Made by a program: the position numbers and the translations under genes
Shown: piece by piece, positions 16,927 to 26,301 of the stretch
How the letters are laid out: every line of letters begins with the position of its first letter
How positions within the stretch are numbered: the first letter of the stretch is position 1
The notes under the pieces: generated by a model
Database searches by the model: none
The model's input: the letters and a program-made list of their open reading frames with translations, nothing else
Told to the model about the DNA's origin: nothing
DNA from: a virus
DNA: 44,557 nt
IMG/VR virus record: IMGVR_UViG_3300029997_000018
Reading direction: 5' to 3' (one strand)

Positions 16927-18597
16927 GTGCCAAACATTGCCGAGTACAACGCGACGGATACCCTCAAGCCCGACAACATGGGCGCTGAGGCTTTCGCCAT
17001 GGAAGGCCGCCGCGTCGGTCAGTTCTATCACCAGATGGGGCAGGACATCGGCGGCGGGATCGACACCCTGGGCAAGGAGGCTGGCAAGTACCAAGCCTTC
17101 CAAGAGATTGGCCACCTCTCCGCCACGGGCGCGCAGGTCCATAATAGCCTAGATCAGAGCCTCACGGATACGCTGAACAAGGCCGACCCGAACGACCCCA
17201 CGACTGCCGTCAAGTGGCGTGAGCAAGTCCTGGAGCCAGCGCTCCAGCAATACCAAAGCGCGCCTGTGACGCCCGAGGGCAAACAGTACGCGATGCAGCA
17301 CGCCAACGAGCTGCGCCAGTTCTTCAATGAGAAGGCGATAGGCGGGCAGGCTGACATGGCCGGCGCGGCCCTGATGACGAACCTTCAGACCATGTCGAAC
17401 AACGCGGAGTACAGTGCCCAGCAGGACCCCACGTCGGCGGACCTTGTGCGCAACACCTTCCGCATGTCCGTCCAGTCCATGCTCGCGACGCACCCGCAGC
17501 TCACCCCGCAGCAGACTGCCGCCTTCACCCAGCATATCGAAGCCGGGGAGCGCCAGATCACCCTTGCTCAAGGCCAGGGCATGGCCCAGAAGAACCCGGA
17601 CGCGGCGATTGACGCCGTGAAGGCCGGCGGTCCCTTCGCGAACTATCTCAGCCAGGAGGACCGCGACGGTCTGATCCGCTACGCTACAGAGCAGAAGCAA
17701 GCCGGCCTTATTGACCAGGAGCGCCAGGAGCGCGCCCAGAAGCAACAGGCCGAGGACCAGTCTCAGGCGCGCGCTGGCCAATACCTGACCGCCTTCGGCA
17801 GCACCGACACCTCCAGCCCGACCTTCGTAGCCGACGCGACCAAGCGTGTCCTGACCGACCCGACGCTCCTGCCGGCGACGCGGGATAGCCTCGTGTCCAT
17901 GGCCAGCCGCCTGCACGAGCAAGGCCAGAACGCCGACAAGATCGTGGACGACCCGAACACCCTGCACTCCCTGATTACTCGGATCGGCTCCCCGAACCCG
18001 CCGACGCAGGCCGAGGTCATGGGCCAGATCGGGCTTCCCCACGGGCTGTCCATGTCGGGCGCGGACTTCGTGATGAGCCATATCAACCCCAAGACCCCGC
18101 ATGACGAGCTGGATACCAAGATGCTCGACGCCGAGATGGACTTGTGGAAGACGGGCACCTCCTCCGGTTCGCTGATCAGCGGTATGCCTGACGTGAAAGG
18201 CAAGCAAGCCTACACCGACGCCATCAACTTCTACCTGCCCCTGATCAAGCAAGGCGAGGCGGCCGGCATCCCCATGCACGAGCTCCTGGCCCCGCCGGAC
18301 GCCCAGCACCCCAACTCGATTTACCATCAACGGCTGATCGAAAGCTTCAACCCGAACAACGTCCCCGGCCGTGGCGGGCCGACCGCTGCGCAGCGCACAC
18401 AGTCAACTTCCATCCTTGACAGCGTGACGCACGTGTGGCAACAGTTCCAGGGTATGGGCGAGCAACTGAAGGCTGCAACATCTGGAGGCGGCGAGGCAAT
18501 CGCCCCGATCCCACACTGGACCCCCAGCACGTTGCAGCCCAACACGACGCCGCCACAAGCTGGACGCCCCAGCCTGGATCAAATCTTCGGGAACTAA
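16927..18597 (+). CDS. Internal virion protein (556 aa)
   Basis: GGAGGA precedes the GTG start. The protein is helical and Q-rich, and occupies the position of gp15-like core proteins. Confidence 0.5.
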   Translation: MPNIAEYNATDTLKPDNMGAEAFAMEGRRVGQFYHQMGQDIGGGIDTLGKEAGKYQAFQEIGHLSATGAQVHNSLDQSLTDTLNKADPNDPTTAVKWREQVLEPALQQYQSAPVTPEGKQYAMQHANELRQFFNEKAIGGQADMAGAALMTNLQTMSNNAEYSAQQDPTSADLVRNTFRMSVQSMLATHPQLTPQQTAAFTQHIEAGERQITLAQGQGMAQKNPDAAIDAVKAGGPFANYLSQEDRDGLIRYATEQKQAGLIDQERQERAQKQQAEDQSQARAGQYLTAFGSTDTSSPTFVADATKRVLTDPTLLPATRDSLVSMASRLHEQGQNADKIVDDPNTLHSLITRIGSPNPPTQAEVMGQIGLPHGLSMSGADFVMSHINPKTPHDELDTKMLDAEMDLWKTGTSSGSLISGMPDVKGKQAYTDAINFYLPLIKQGEAAGIPMHELLAPPDAQHPNSIYHQRLIESFNPNNVPGRGGPTAAQRTQSTSILDSVTHVWQQFQGMGEQLKAATSGGGEAIAPIPHWTPSTLQPNTTPPQAGRPSLDQIFGN

Positions 18598-18600
18598 ATC

Positions 18601-21600
18601 ATGGCCGTTCCGGCACAAACTCCTGGTCCCGTTGGCGCTCCGCAGCCGACGCTAACTCCGTTCGAGCAGAAGGTCGTTCAGGCCCGCAGCCTCGGCTACA
18701 GCAACGACCAGATCGCCGACAAGGTCAGCCAGCAGTACGACAAGGCGATCCAGGCGGGCTACAGCCCGGCGGATATCCAGCACTACATGGGCTTCAGCCC
18801 CCAGGCTCAGGCCCAGTCGACGCAGACCATGGCGGCCCAGGCCAAGGCCACGTACCAAGCGCAGCCGCCGCAACCTCAGGCGACGGACAACCCGTTCGAC
18901 CTGTTCATGGCAGGGTTGAAGTCCAGCTCCGGCGGCCTCATTGCGCACGCGGGCGCGCCGGGCTTCGTCCCCAGCCAGCACGCCGGTATGATCTCTCGCT
19001 TGGCCTATGCGGCCGGGGATGAGACCGGCGACCTTCCGGCTCAAATCATCGGCGGCTTGGGTGGCGCGGCGGCCGGCGCGGCTGTCCCCGGAGCGGACCT
19101 CACGGGTGTCCCGGAGGCCATCGGCGCGGGCGCGGGGGCCATGGGCCTGCCCGAGCATATTAAGCAACAGTACGCCGACGAGATCAAGCACGGGGCCTAC
19201 AAGTCTGCAGGCGACTTCGCTGAGCGCCAGACGAGCGTCTGGGGAGCCACGGCTGTCCAGGCCGGCATCGGCGCGGCGACCTTCGGCACCGGCAAGTATG
19301 TCGGCGGTGCGCTCGAAGCCGGAGGCATGGCCGTTGTCCCGCGCACGTTCCTCCGTGGCTCATCCGAGCTGGCCGCCCAGGCCGCCGCGACCTATGCCCT
19401 AACCGGCAAGCTGATGACCAAGGAAGACCTGATCGACAGCGCCATCCTCATGGCCGGCTTCCATGGCGCGGTCCACCTCGCGAAGACCTCCACGCCTATC
19501 GTGGCGGCGGCGAAGCAAAACCTGTCCGACAATTGGGTGAAGACTGGCGAGACCCCCAGCCAAGCCACCGCGCGCGTGGCGAACGACCCCGTGCAGCGGC
19601 AGGGCTTCAGCATCCCGAACGACACCCCGCGCTTCGTGCCGCCGGGCTCCGCCAGCCATGGCAACTACGTCCTGCCCAAGGTCCCTGGCTCGTTCGAGGC
19701 GGCGGCGTCCTGGATGCTGAAGACCGAGGGTGGCCTGACCGCCGATACGGGCGGCGTGACCAAGTACGGCATCTCCGCCAACGCCCACCCCGGCGTCGAC
19801 ATCAAGAACCTGTCCGTGCCCCAGGCCGTGCAAATCTATCACGACGACTACTGGAAGCCGATGGGGATCGACAACCTGCCCAAGAACATGCAGCTCCCTG
19901 CCTTTGACGCCGCGATCAACGAGGGCGTCGCCAAGGCGAAGGAGATGCTGGCGGAGAGCGGCAACGACCCTCAGAAGTTCCAGGAGCTTCGCGAACAGCA
20001 CTATCGCTCCCTGGCGGAGGGCAACCCGACCAAGTACGGCAAGTACCTGCCGACGTGGCTCCAGCGCATCGGGAGCCCAAACGCAGGCGTGCCCCTGTCG
20101 GACGGCTTCTCTTTGGCCAAGGATTTGAACGATGGCAACGAGCCCTCGTCCGAGGAACTGAAGGGCTTGCAGACCGCGAGCAACGACGATCAGCCCGGCT
20201 TCCTCCAGCGCTTCGCCGCCGATGAGAGCGGGGCGATCCCCGGCAAGGCCAAGCAACTGACCGACGACATGACACCGGAAGCGCCGGCCGACGCCTGGGC
20301 CTCAACCGCAGCGCATATGTCCGACGTGGAGAAGCCGCCGTCATTCAGCGAGAACCTGAAGACCATGGGCGCGGCAGTCTACCGCGAGATGGCCGCACCC
20401 GACCGCCCCATCGGCAAGCTCGTGGATGCGGTGATGAAGGGCGGCTCCATCGCCGACGCCGACAACCCCAAGTTCCTTGCCCGTGTGGCGGAGACCAGCG
20501 ACAGCCGCGCCCAGTACATGCTGGAGCGGAACATGGTCGATACCCAGGGCAACATCACCGGGCCGGGCCTCAAGCCTATCCTAGCCCCGTTCGAGGGCGA
20601 GCAAGGCCCCAAGAACTTCTGGACCTACAGCATCGCCCGCTGGGCGGCGGAGAAGGCCGGGCAGAACAAGGAGACGGGCGTCGACCTGTCCAATGCTCTC
20701 CAGGTCATCCAGGAAGGCCACGGCAAGTACGGCGAGGCGTTCAAGCAACTCCAGGAGTGGCAGAACGGAACCCTGGCTTACGCCCGCGACGCCGGCCTGA
20801 TCACGCCGGAAGCCTTCGACCGCTGGACCACGGAGAACCAAGCCCGCATCCCTGGCTACCGCGACCTCGGCAACGCGCCCGGCGGCCCTAAGGGGGCCAA
20901 GGGTCTGGTTGGCTACAACCCGGTCAAGGAGATGGTCGGGTCGGACAAGAACATCCTGAACATCCAGCAGAGCCTCATGCGAGATGCGTTCCTCCGCGTC
21001 GAGCTAGCCAACAACAACATGTTCGCCCGCAGCGCCATGGATGCGGCGGCCAGCATCGGCATGGCGACGAAGGTCGGCGACGAGAAGGTCGACCTGGACA
21101 TGTCCAAGGCTTCTGACGCCGCGACGAAGATCGACCCCGATGCGGACGTGACCTTGGCCCAGCTCTCCGGCAGCAAGTTCGGGAAGGACGAGGTCCCAGT
21201 CCTGCGCGACGGCAATCTGGAGAAGTGGATACCACACGACCCCGAGCTGACCCGGCTTCTGCGCGGCTACGACCAGCAGAGCTTGGCCACGTGGCAGAAG
21301 ATCGCTGCGATACCGGCGAAGTTCCAACGTTCCATGATCACGCTGAACCCCCTGTTCCCTGTCCATATCCTGGCGTATGACGTGCCCTTCCAGGCGATCA
21401 CGAAGCCCGGCCTGCGCAACACCATCGCCGACGCCTACACCGGCCTTGGGCACGTGTTCGGCAAGACCGACACCTGGGATGAGTGGATGCGCAAAGGCAA
21501 CCCCGACCGTGTCTTCCAGGGCTTGAACCGCAATGACTACATGCGCAATGTCCTGAAGGGCAACGACGATCCGGACTTCCTCGGCGGCGTGTTCAACGCG

Positions 21601-23046
21601 ATCAAGACCCCGGCGGATATGCTGAAGGCCTGGAGCATGAACATGTCCCAGGTCATGCCGGTTGGTAGATACGCGCGCCGCGCGGGAGACGAGAGCGACT
21701 TAGCCGCCGGCTACGCGGCCTCGGAAGCGCCCTTCCACCGCAGCAAGTATGGCGGTCCGGCGGCCAAGGCCCTGAACACGACCATCCCGTTCTTTACGGC
21801 GTACATCAACAGCCTGGAGAAGACGGGCCGTGCGCTCGTCGGGATCAGCCGACCGGGCGAACCGGAGGTCAACGCCGCCCAGACCTGGGCCAAGGCAGCC
21901 GCCTTCATCACCTTGCCGATCCTAGGAGGCATGGCGCACAACCATGACAAGATTTGGTACAAGAACGTTCCTGACTACGTGAAGGACAACGCTCTGCTCA
22001 TGCACTTCGGCGACGACTGGGAAGTGACGGATCAGAAGGACGAGCTAGGTAACCCAATCGTTATCCCTCATGGCCACACCTTCACCTACAAGTATCCTCC
22101 GATCCTGTCACTGCTATTCGGTGCGATCCCCCGCCGGTTGGCCGAACAGTTCTTGTATGATAATCCGGATGCTTGGGATGACTTCGGCAAGTCCGTGGCC
22201 TCATCCTTCGCGCCTCCCGGCGGCATGACCTACTCGGCCTTCCTGCCGATCCTGGAGCACGTGTCCAACTACAGTTTCTTCCGGGGTCAGCCCATCGTCC
22301 CAGACAGCGTGGCGCACAACCTGCCCACGGCCCAGAAGTACACGCCCTACAGCACCGTCACCGCGCGCGCTCTGTCGGCCTTCGTGAACGACATTCCACT
22401 AGTCAAGAACCTCAACCTGTCGCCGCCGATCATTGACAACTACATCTCCCAGTACGCTGGCACCCTGGGCGAGGCAGCCACGCACACCATCGATATGGGA
22501 TTGCAGGCCGCTGGCGTAGCCCGTCAACGTGACCCGACGCCGCACCTGGAGGACACCCCGCTCCTGTCGAGCTGGATGACCCGCTATCCCAGCGCCAGCG
22601 CCCAGCCCACGCGCGACTTCGACGCCTCCTGGGCCAAGTACCAAGGCCTGCATGAACAGCTTGCCTTGGCCCTAAAGAACGACGACTTCGCCACCTTCCA
22701 GCAAACGCTCTCGGATCATCCCGAGGCCGCTGCCGGCCGGCTGGCGTTGGGCAAGGGCACGGCCCCGCCGGGGAACCCGCAGCAATATGAGGGCGCGCTC
22801 GAAGCCGCTCAGCCGCAGATCAAGCCCGAGATGATGCAATGGCTCCAAGGCGCAAAGGCGATCCAGAATGAGGAGAAGATGATCAAGTACATCAACTCCC
22901 TCCCCGGCCGCCAGGATGCCGACAATCCCGCCGCGCCGTTCATGACCTCGGCTGAGAAGCGGCAGCAGCTTGACCAGCACTATGCTACAATCCAGATGAT
23001 GAGTGAACGTGTCAACGAGGTCGGCCGCACCGCCGGTATCAGGTAA
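18601..23046 (+). CDS. Internal virion / ejection protein with GH108 muramidase domain (1481 aa)
   Basis: The motif WMLKTEGGLTADTGGVTKYGIS...YHDDYWKPMGIDNLP...AFDAAINEG (about 19687-19970) matches the glycoside hydrolase 108 pattern EGG..D.GG.T..GI. Size and position match gp16-like proteins. Confidence 0.7.
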   Translation: MAVPAQTPGPVGAPQPTLTPFEQKVVQARSLGYSNDQIADKVSQQYDKAIQAGYSPADIQHYMGFSPQAQAQSTQTMAAQAKATYQAQPPQPQATDNPFDLFMAGLKSSSGGLIAHAGAPGFVPSQHAGMISRLAYAAGDETGDLPAQIIGGLGGAAAGAAVPGADLTGVPEAIGAGAGAMGLPEHIKQQYADEIKHGAYKSAGDFAERQTSVWGATAVQAGIGAATFGTGKYVGGALEAGGMAVVPRTFLRGSSELAAQAAATYALTGKLMTKEDLIDSAILMAGFHGAVHLAKTSTPIVAAAKQNLSDNWVKTGETPSQATARVANDPVQRQGFSIPNDTPRFVPPGSASHGNYVLPKVPGSFEAAASWMLKTEGGLTADTGGVTKYGISANAHPGVDIKNLSVPQAVQIYHDDYWKPMGIDNLPKNMQLPAFDAAINEGVAKAKEMLAESGNDPQKFQELREQHYRSLAEGNPTKYGKYLPTWLQRIGSPNAGVPLSDGFSLAKDLNDGNEPSSEELKGLQTASNDDQPGFLQRFAADESGAIPGKAKQLTDDMTPEAPADAWASTAAHMSDVEKPPSFSENLKTMGAAVYREMAAPDRPIGKLVDAVMKGGSIADADNPKFLARVAETSDSRAQYMLERNMVDTQGNITGPGLKPILAPFEGEQGPKNFWTYSIARWAAEKAGQNKETGVDLSNALQVIQEGHGKYGEAFKQLQEWQNGTLAYARDAGLITPEAFDRWTTENQARIPGYRDLGNAPGGPKGAKGLVGYNPVKEMVGSDKNILNIQQSLMRDAFLRVELANNNMFARSAMDAAASIGMATKVGDEKVDLDMSKASDAATKIDPDADVTLAQLSGSKFGKDEVPVLRDGNLEKWIPHDPELTRLLRGYDQQSLATWQKIAAIPAKFQRSMITLNPLFPVHILAYDVPFQAITKPGLRNTIADAYTGLGHVFGKTDTWDEWMRKGNPDRVFQGLNRNDYMRNVLKGNDDPDFLGGVFNAIKTPADMLKAWSMNMSQVMPVGRYARRAGDESDLAAGYAASEAPFHRSKYGGPAAKALNTTIPFFTAYINSLEKTGRALVGISRPGEPEVNAAQTWAKAAAFITLPILGGMAHNHDKIWYKNVPDYVKDNALLMHFGDDWEVTDQKDELGNPIVIPHGHTFTYKYPPILSLLFGAIPRRLAEQFLYDNPDAWDDFGKSVASSFAPPGGMTYSAFLPILEHVSNYSFFRGQPIVPDSVAHNLPTAQKYTPYSTVTARALSAFVNDIPLVKNLNLSPPIIDNYISQYAGTLGEAATHTIDMGLQAAGVARQRDPTPHLEDTPLLSSWMTRYPSASAQPTRDFDASWAKYQGLHEQLALALKNDDFATFQQTLSDHPEAAAGRLALGKGTAPPGNPQQYEGALEAAQPQIKPEMMQWLQGAKAIQNEEKMIKYINSLPGRQDADNPAAPFMTSAEKRQQLDQHYATIQMMSERVNEVGRTAGIR

Positions 23047-24809
23047 TGGTCAATATCCGTCTCCGTGGGCTGCGCTCACCCAACATCCCTTCCGGCACCA
23101 TCGTCGGCCGCACGGGGAATGGCAACGGCGAAGCTCAGCTTCTTTCGATCCAGAACCTCCGGGGGATGGGTGTAGCCACGCACGCTGACGTGTCCGTCCA
23201 GATCGCTGCGGCCAACCCGGCTGTAGCGGATGGCGATGTCATGGCGAATATCTCGGGGGCCTCCGCTCAGGCCTCGGGTACGACCGTCAGTGCTCTCCTG
23301 GATCATGTGTTCAGCGGAGCCACGGGGAGCATCCTCTATCGCGCTGCCGGCGGCTGGACGGCCCTGGCAGCGGGCTCCAGCGGCAAAGTCCTGACGATGG
23401 GCGCGTCCGTCCCGGCCTGGGCCGCTCCGGCCTCTGGAGGTGTCACGTCGATCTCCGCCGGCACGGGCATCAGTCTGAGCACCAACCCCCTCGTTAGCAC
23501 TGGAACCATCTCCTTGGCCTCGGGAGCGGCTGTAGCGAACCTCGGCTACACCCCAGCGCACGCGGGGACGAACGGTGACATCACCAATATCACGGGATTA
23601 ACTACTCCGTTGAATGTTGCCCAGGGCGGCACGGGACAAACGAACATCGCGCAAGCAGGCCTGGGTATTCAAGGCTTGCAGATGAATACTTTGAATAGTA
23701 ACACGACGCTAACACAGGCACAAAGTGGCGGGCTGCTTCTCTTGAACAGCTCGTCACCTTTCACGGTTACGTTTCCGACTGGTGTGTTCTCGACCTACAC
23801 CTTGGCCAATACTGGGACCGCGACGGTAACACTCACCTACGGCGGCGGTGGCAACGGTCCGGCTACACTACCCCCGGGATATGCTGTTACTCTGTTCTGC
23901 GACCCCAACCTTGGTAACCAATATTGGATCGTCTCTTACTCGTCTCTTACCGCACCAATCTCGGGGACTGTTCCTGTTGCTAGTGGAGGTACTGGGGCCA
24001 CGACCGCTGGTGGTGCTCGGACGAATTTGAGTGCTGCGGCTTCGGGTGCGAATTCCGACATCACCAGCCTCACGGGCCTGACGACAGCGCTTCCGATCAC
24101 CGAGGGTGGGACGGGTGCGACCACGCCGACTGCGGCCCTGACGAACCTAGGGGCAGCAGGTCTGGGCACCTCTAATACTTTTACAGGATCGGTTAATTCA
24201 TTTACTAATCAGCTTTTAATAAATCAGAGTGGAGTGACAGACACATGGGACGGCGGAGCTATTATAGGGATAACGGGACCAGGCGGCGCTAACACAAGTA
24301 TAAATTTTACGACTTACTATGGCTCTGCTACTCAGTCCTCCAGCAGGCTTATCTTCCAAAACGCAGGCGGAACAGCTTCGTCTCCGACGAATAATATCAT
24401 AAATGACGTTTTAGGCGCTTTCGTATTTGCTGGATATAACGCCGGGTTTAAGAATACGTCTGCTTTCCGTGCGGTTGCTAGTGAGAACTGGTCCTCAGGC
24501 CACCAAGGCACGGCATTTCAGATATTCTTAACACCAAATGGTAGCACATCTGCGCAAACGGCGCTGACTGTACTTGGCGATGGAACATTAACTACCGGAC
24601 CATCTCAGTCAGTCTTAAGAACCCCTGGTCTAAGTGTAGTAAAGATTGTTTCGACCGTGTCTGGTCTTCCATCGGCCGCGACGGAAGGCAATGGGGCCTG
24701 CCGCATCGTGACTGACGCGCTCACTCCGGTTCTCGGATCGACAGTGGTGGGTGGCGGTGCAGTCCGTGTGCCAGTCAATAGTGACGGAACGAATTGGCGG
24801 GTCGGCTAG
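23046..24809 (+). CDS. Tail fibre protein
   Basis: Repeated (A/E)-x-GGTG-(A/Q)-T fibre motifs are present: NVAQGGTGQTN, PVASGGTGATTAGGARTNL and ITEGGTGATTPTAALTNLGA. The gene is the last structural gene before lysis. Confidence 0.7.
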   Translation: MVNIRLRGLRSPNIPSGTIVGRTGNGNGEAQLLSIQNLRGMGVATHADVSVQIAAANPAVADGDVMANISGASAQASGTTVSALLDHVFSGATGSILYRAAGGWTALAAGSSGKVLTMGASVPAWAAPASGGVTSISAGTGISLSTNPLVSTGTISLASGAAVANLGYTPAHAGTNGDITNITGLTTPLNVAQGGTGQTNIAQAGLGIQGLQMNTLNSNTTLTQAQSGGLLLLNSSSPFTVTFPTGVFSTYTLANTGTATVTLTYGGGGNGPATLPPGYAVTLFCDPNLGNQYWIVSYSSLTAPISGTVPVASGGTGATTAGGARTNLSAAASGANSDITSLTGLTTALPITEGGTGATTPTAALTNLGAAGLGTSNTFTGSVNSFTNQLLINQSGVTDTWDGGAIIGITGPGGANTSINFTTYYGSATQSSSRLIFQNAGGTASSPTNNIINDVLGAFVFAGYNAGFKNTSAFRAVASENWSSGHQGTAFQIFLTPNGSTSAQTALTVLGDGTLTTGPSQSVLRTPGLSVVKIVSTVSGLPSAATEGNGACRIVTDALTPVLGSTVVGGGAVRVPVNSDGTNWRVG

Positions 24810-24877
24810 ACTTCTGGCCGGAGGAGTGCTATATCGGTTGCTGGCCTCAACAACAACAAGAACAACAGCGCCTTGCC

Positions 24878-25129
24878 ATGTCCCTCGACCATTCGCAGAA
24901 TGCCGCCATCATCGGAGGCCATTCGATAGCCCTCGGGACCTTGCTTGGGACGTTCGCGGGGATACTACCACCGCTCGCGACTTTGATTGCCATCATCTTC
25001 TACGTCGTGCAGATCATGGACAGCGGGTTCGTGAAGAAGCACCTAAGACACTGGCGGATCAAACGCATCCGTCGCCGGAGGAAACTACATGACACGCCCC
25101 GTCCCGCAGATAACGCTCGACTTCCTTAA
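24878..25129 (+). CDS. Holin candidate (83 aa)
   Basis: It has two hydrophobic segments (AAIIGGHSIALGTLLGTFAGIL and LATLIAIIFYVVQIM) and a basic tail (KKHLRHWRIKRIRRRRK). It lies immediately upstream of the endolysin and overlaps it. Confidence 0.55.
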   Translation: MSLDHSQNAAIIGGHSIALGTLLGTFAGILPPLATLIAIIFYVVQIMDSGFVKKHLRHWRIKRIRRRRKLHDTPRPADNARLP

Positions 25130-25856
25130 GTTGGTCGAAGGCTGCAATCTCACTCCCTACCTCGACAGCACCGGACATTGGACCGATGGCTATGGCAATA
25201 CCCTCGGTGTGATCCCGCATGGCCTTCCGATCACGCAAGAGATAGCCGACACTGAGCTGGCGGAGAACGCCCAGATCGCGGCCGGCCACATCGCCGAGGT
25301 CGTGGATGAGGCCGTGGTCCTCCAGCTCACCGACCACGAGTACGCGGCGCTGATCAGCTTCGTGTTCAACCTGGGCTGCGACAAATCCTGGACAATCTGG
25401 AAAGACCTGAACAATCACCAATTCGAAGACGTGCCCGATCAGCTCAAGCGCTTCGACAAGGGCGTGATCAACGGCAAGCTCCAGGAAATCCCAGGGCTGG
25501 ACCACCGTCGTCTGGCCGAGGTCACACTATGGAACACGGCCGACGTTCCCGCCGCCGTGGCGACCGCCCAGGCCGTGCCCGCTCCCTCCAGCTCTGTCAC
25601 CCGCGACAACCTCGTCACGCCGCCCACGCCGGCCCCCAAGCCCGCTCTGGACCTATCCTCGCTGGTGGTGAAGGCGACGACGGCCGTAGGGTCGGTGGGA
25701 GCCCTGGCCAGCCAACTGCACGACCAGATCGCTCCGCACGCGGATGAGGTCCCGGCCTTCCAGCACGCGGCTGTCATCCTGACCATGGTCGTGGTATCAT
25801 GTTCGGTGATCGCCCTGCTGATCCATGACTTCCAATCCAAAGCCGCGAAGGTCTAA
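25089..25856 (+). CDS. GH24 (T4/P22-type) lysozyme endolysin with C-terminal transmembrane segment
   Basis: GGAGGA precedes the ATG. The E-D-T pattern appears in LVEGCNLTPYLDSTGHWTDGYGNT. A Pro/Ala linker is followed by AAVILTMVVVSCSVIALLI near the C-terminus. Confidence 0.8.
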   Translation: MTRPVPQITLDFLKLVEGCNLTPYLDSTGHWTDGYGNTLGVIPHGLPITQEIADTELAENAQIAAGHIAEVVDEAVVLQLTDHEYAALISFVFNLGCDKSWTIWKDLNNHQFEDVPDQLKRFDKGVINGKLQEIPGLDHRRLAEVTLWNTADVPAAVATAQAVPAPSSSVTRDNLVTPPTPAPKPALDLSSLVVKATTAVGSVGALASQLHDQIAPHADEVPAFQHAAVILTMVVVSCSVIALLIHDFQSKAAKV

Positions 25857-25859
25857 GCC

Positions 25860-26297
25860 ATGTCCGATCCGATCCTCCTTATCGCCGCCGGCACCTGTGT
25901 CGCCGCGCCCATCGCCGTTTGGCTGGGCCTCCATTTTCACAAGATCGTCACCACCCTGCCAATTGCTACGGTGGTGAAGACCCCGGCCGTCTCGGCCCCC
26001 ACTCCCGCTGTCGCACTCGCGCCGGCCCCCTCGAAAGGAACTGCTCCCGTGACTACCGTTTCCCAAGACATCGCCGACTTCGTGTCGGCCGCTGAGAAGG
26101 CCGCCGAGAGCGCGGAAACCTTCGTCTCCAATGAAGTCTACAGCGCTGCCGTCGCCGCCAAGGCCAAGGCCGAGCAAGACTTCCACGACCTGGGTGTCCA
26201 GTACGACGCCGACGTGGCGGCCCTCAAGGCCGTCGTCGCCAAGCTCCAAGCCAAACTCCCGGCGGCTCCGGCCGGCGGCGTGACCGCTCCGGGCTAG
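25860..26297 (+). CDS. Membrane-anchored coiled-coil protein in the lysis cassette (145 aa)
   Basis: It has an N-terminal TM segment (ILLIAAGTCVAAPIAVWLGL) and an Ala/Lys/Glu helical C-terminal region. Its function is unknown. Confidence 0.5.
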   Translation: MSDPILLIAAGTCVAAPIAVWLGLHFHKIVTTLPIATVVKTPAVSAPTPAVALAPAPSKGTAPVTTVSQDIADFVSAAEKAAESAETFVSNEVYSAAVAAKAKAEQDFHDLGVQYDADVAALKAVVAKLQAKLPAAPAGGVTAPG

Positions 26298-26301
26298 TCC
26301 G

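Noticed and set aside
3335-20256. Long antisense ORFs opposite structural genes (3335-4498, 4907-5827, 7440-8399, 8421-9413, 14908-16128, 17149-18330, 19399-20256 and others)
   Set aside because: These are shadow ORFs typical of high-GC DNA. The sense-strand genes have recognisable motifs, SDs and operon continuity, while the antisense products are Arg/Gly/Pro-rich and low-complexity.
23560-24809. A diversity-generating retroelement targeting the fibre tip, given the BPP-1-like head genes
   Set aside because: There is no reverse transcriptase (no YxDD-type ORF) anywhere in the genome, and I could find no template/variable repeat pair.
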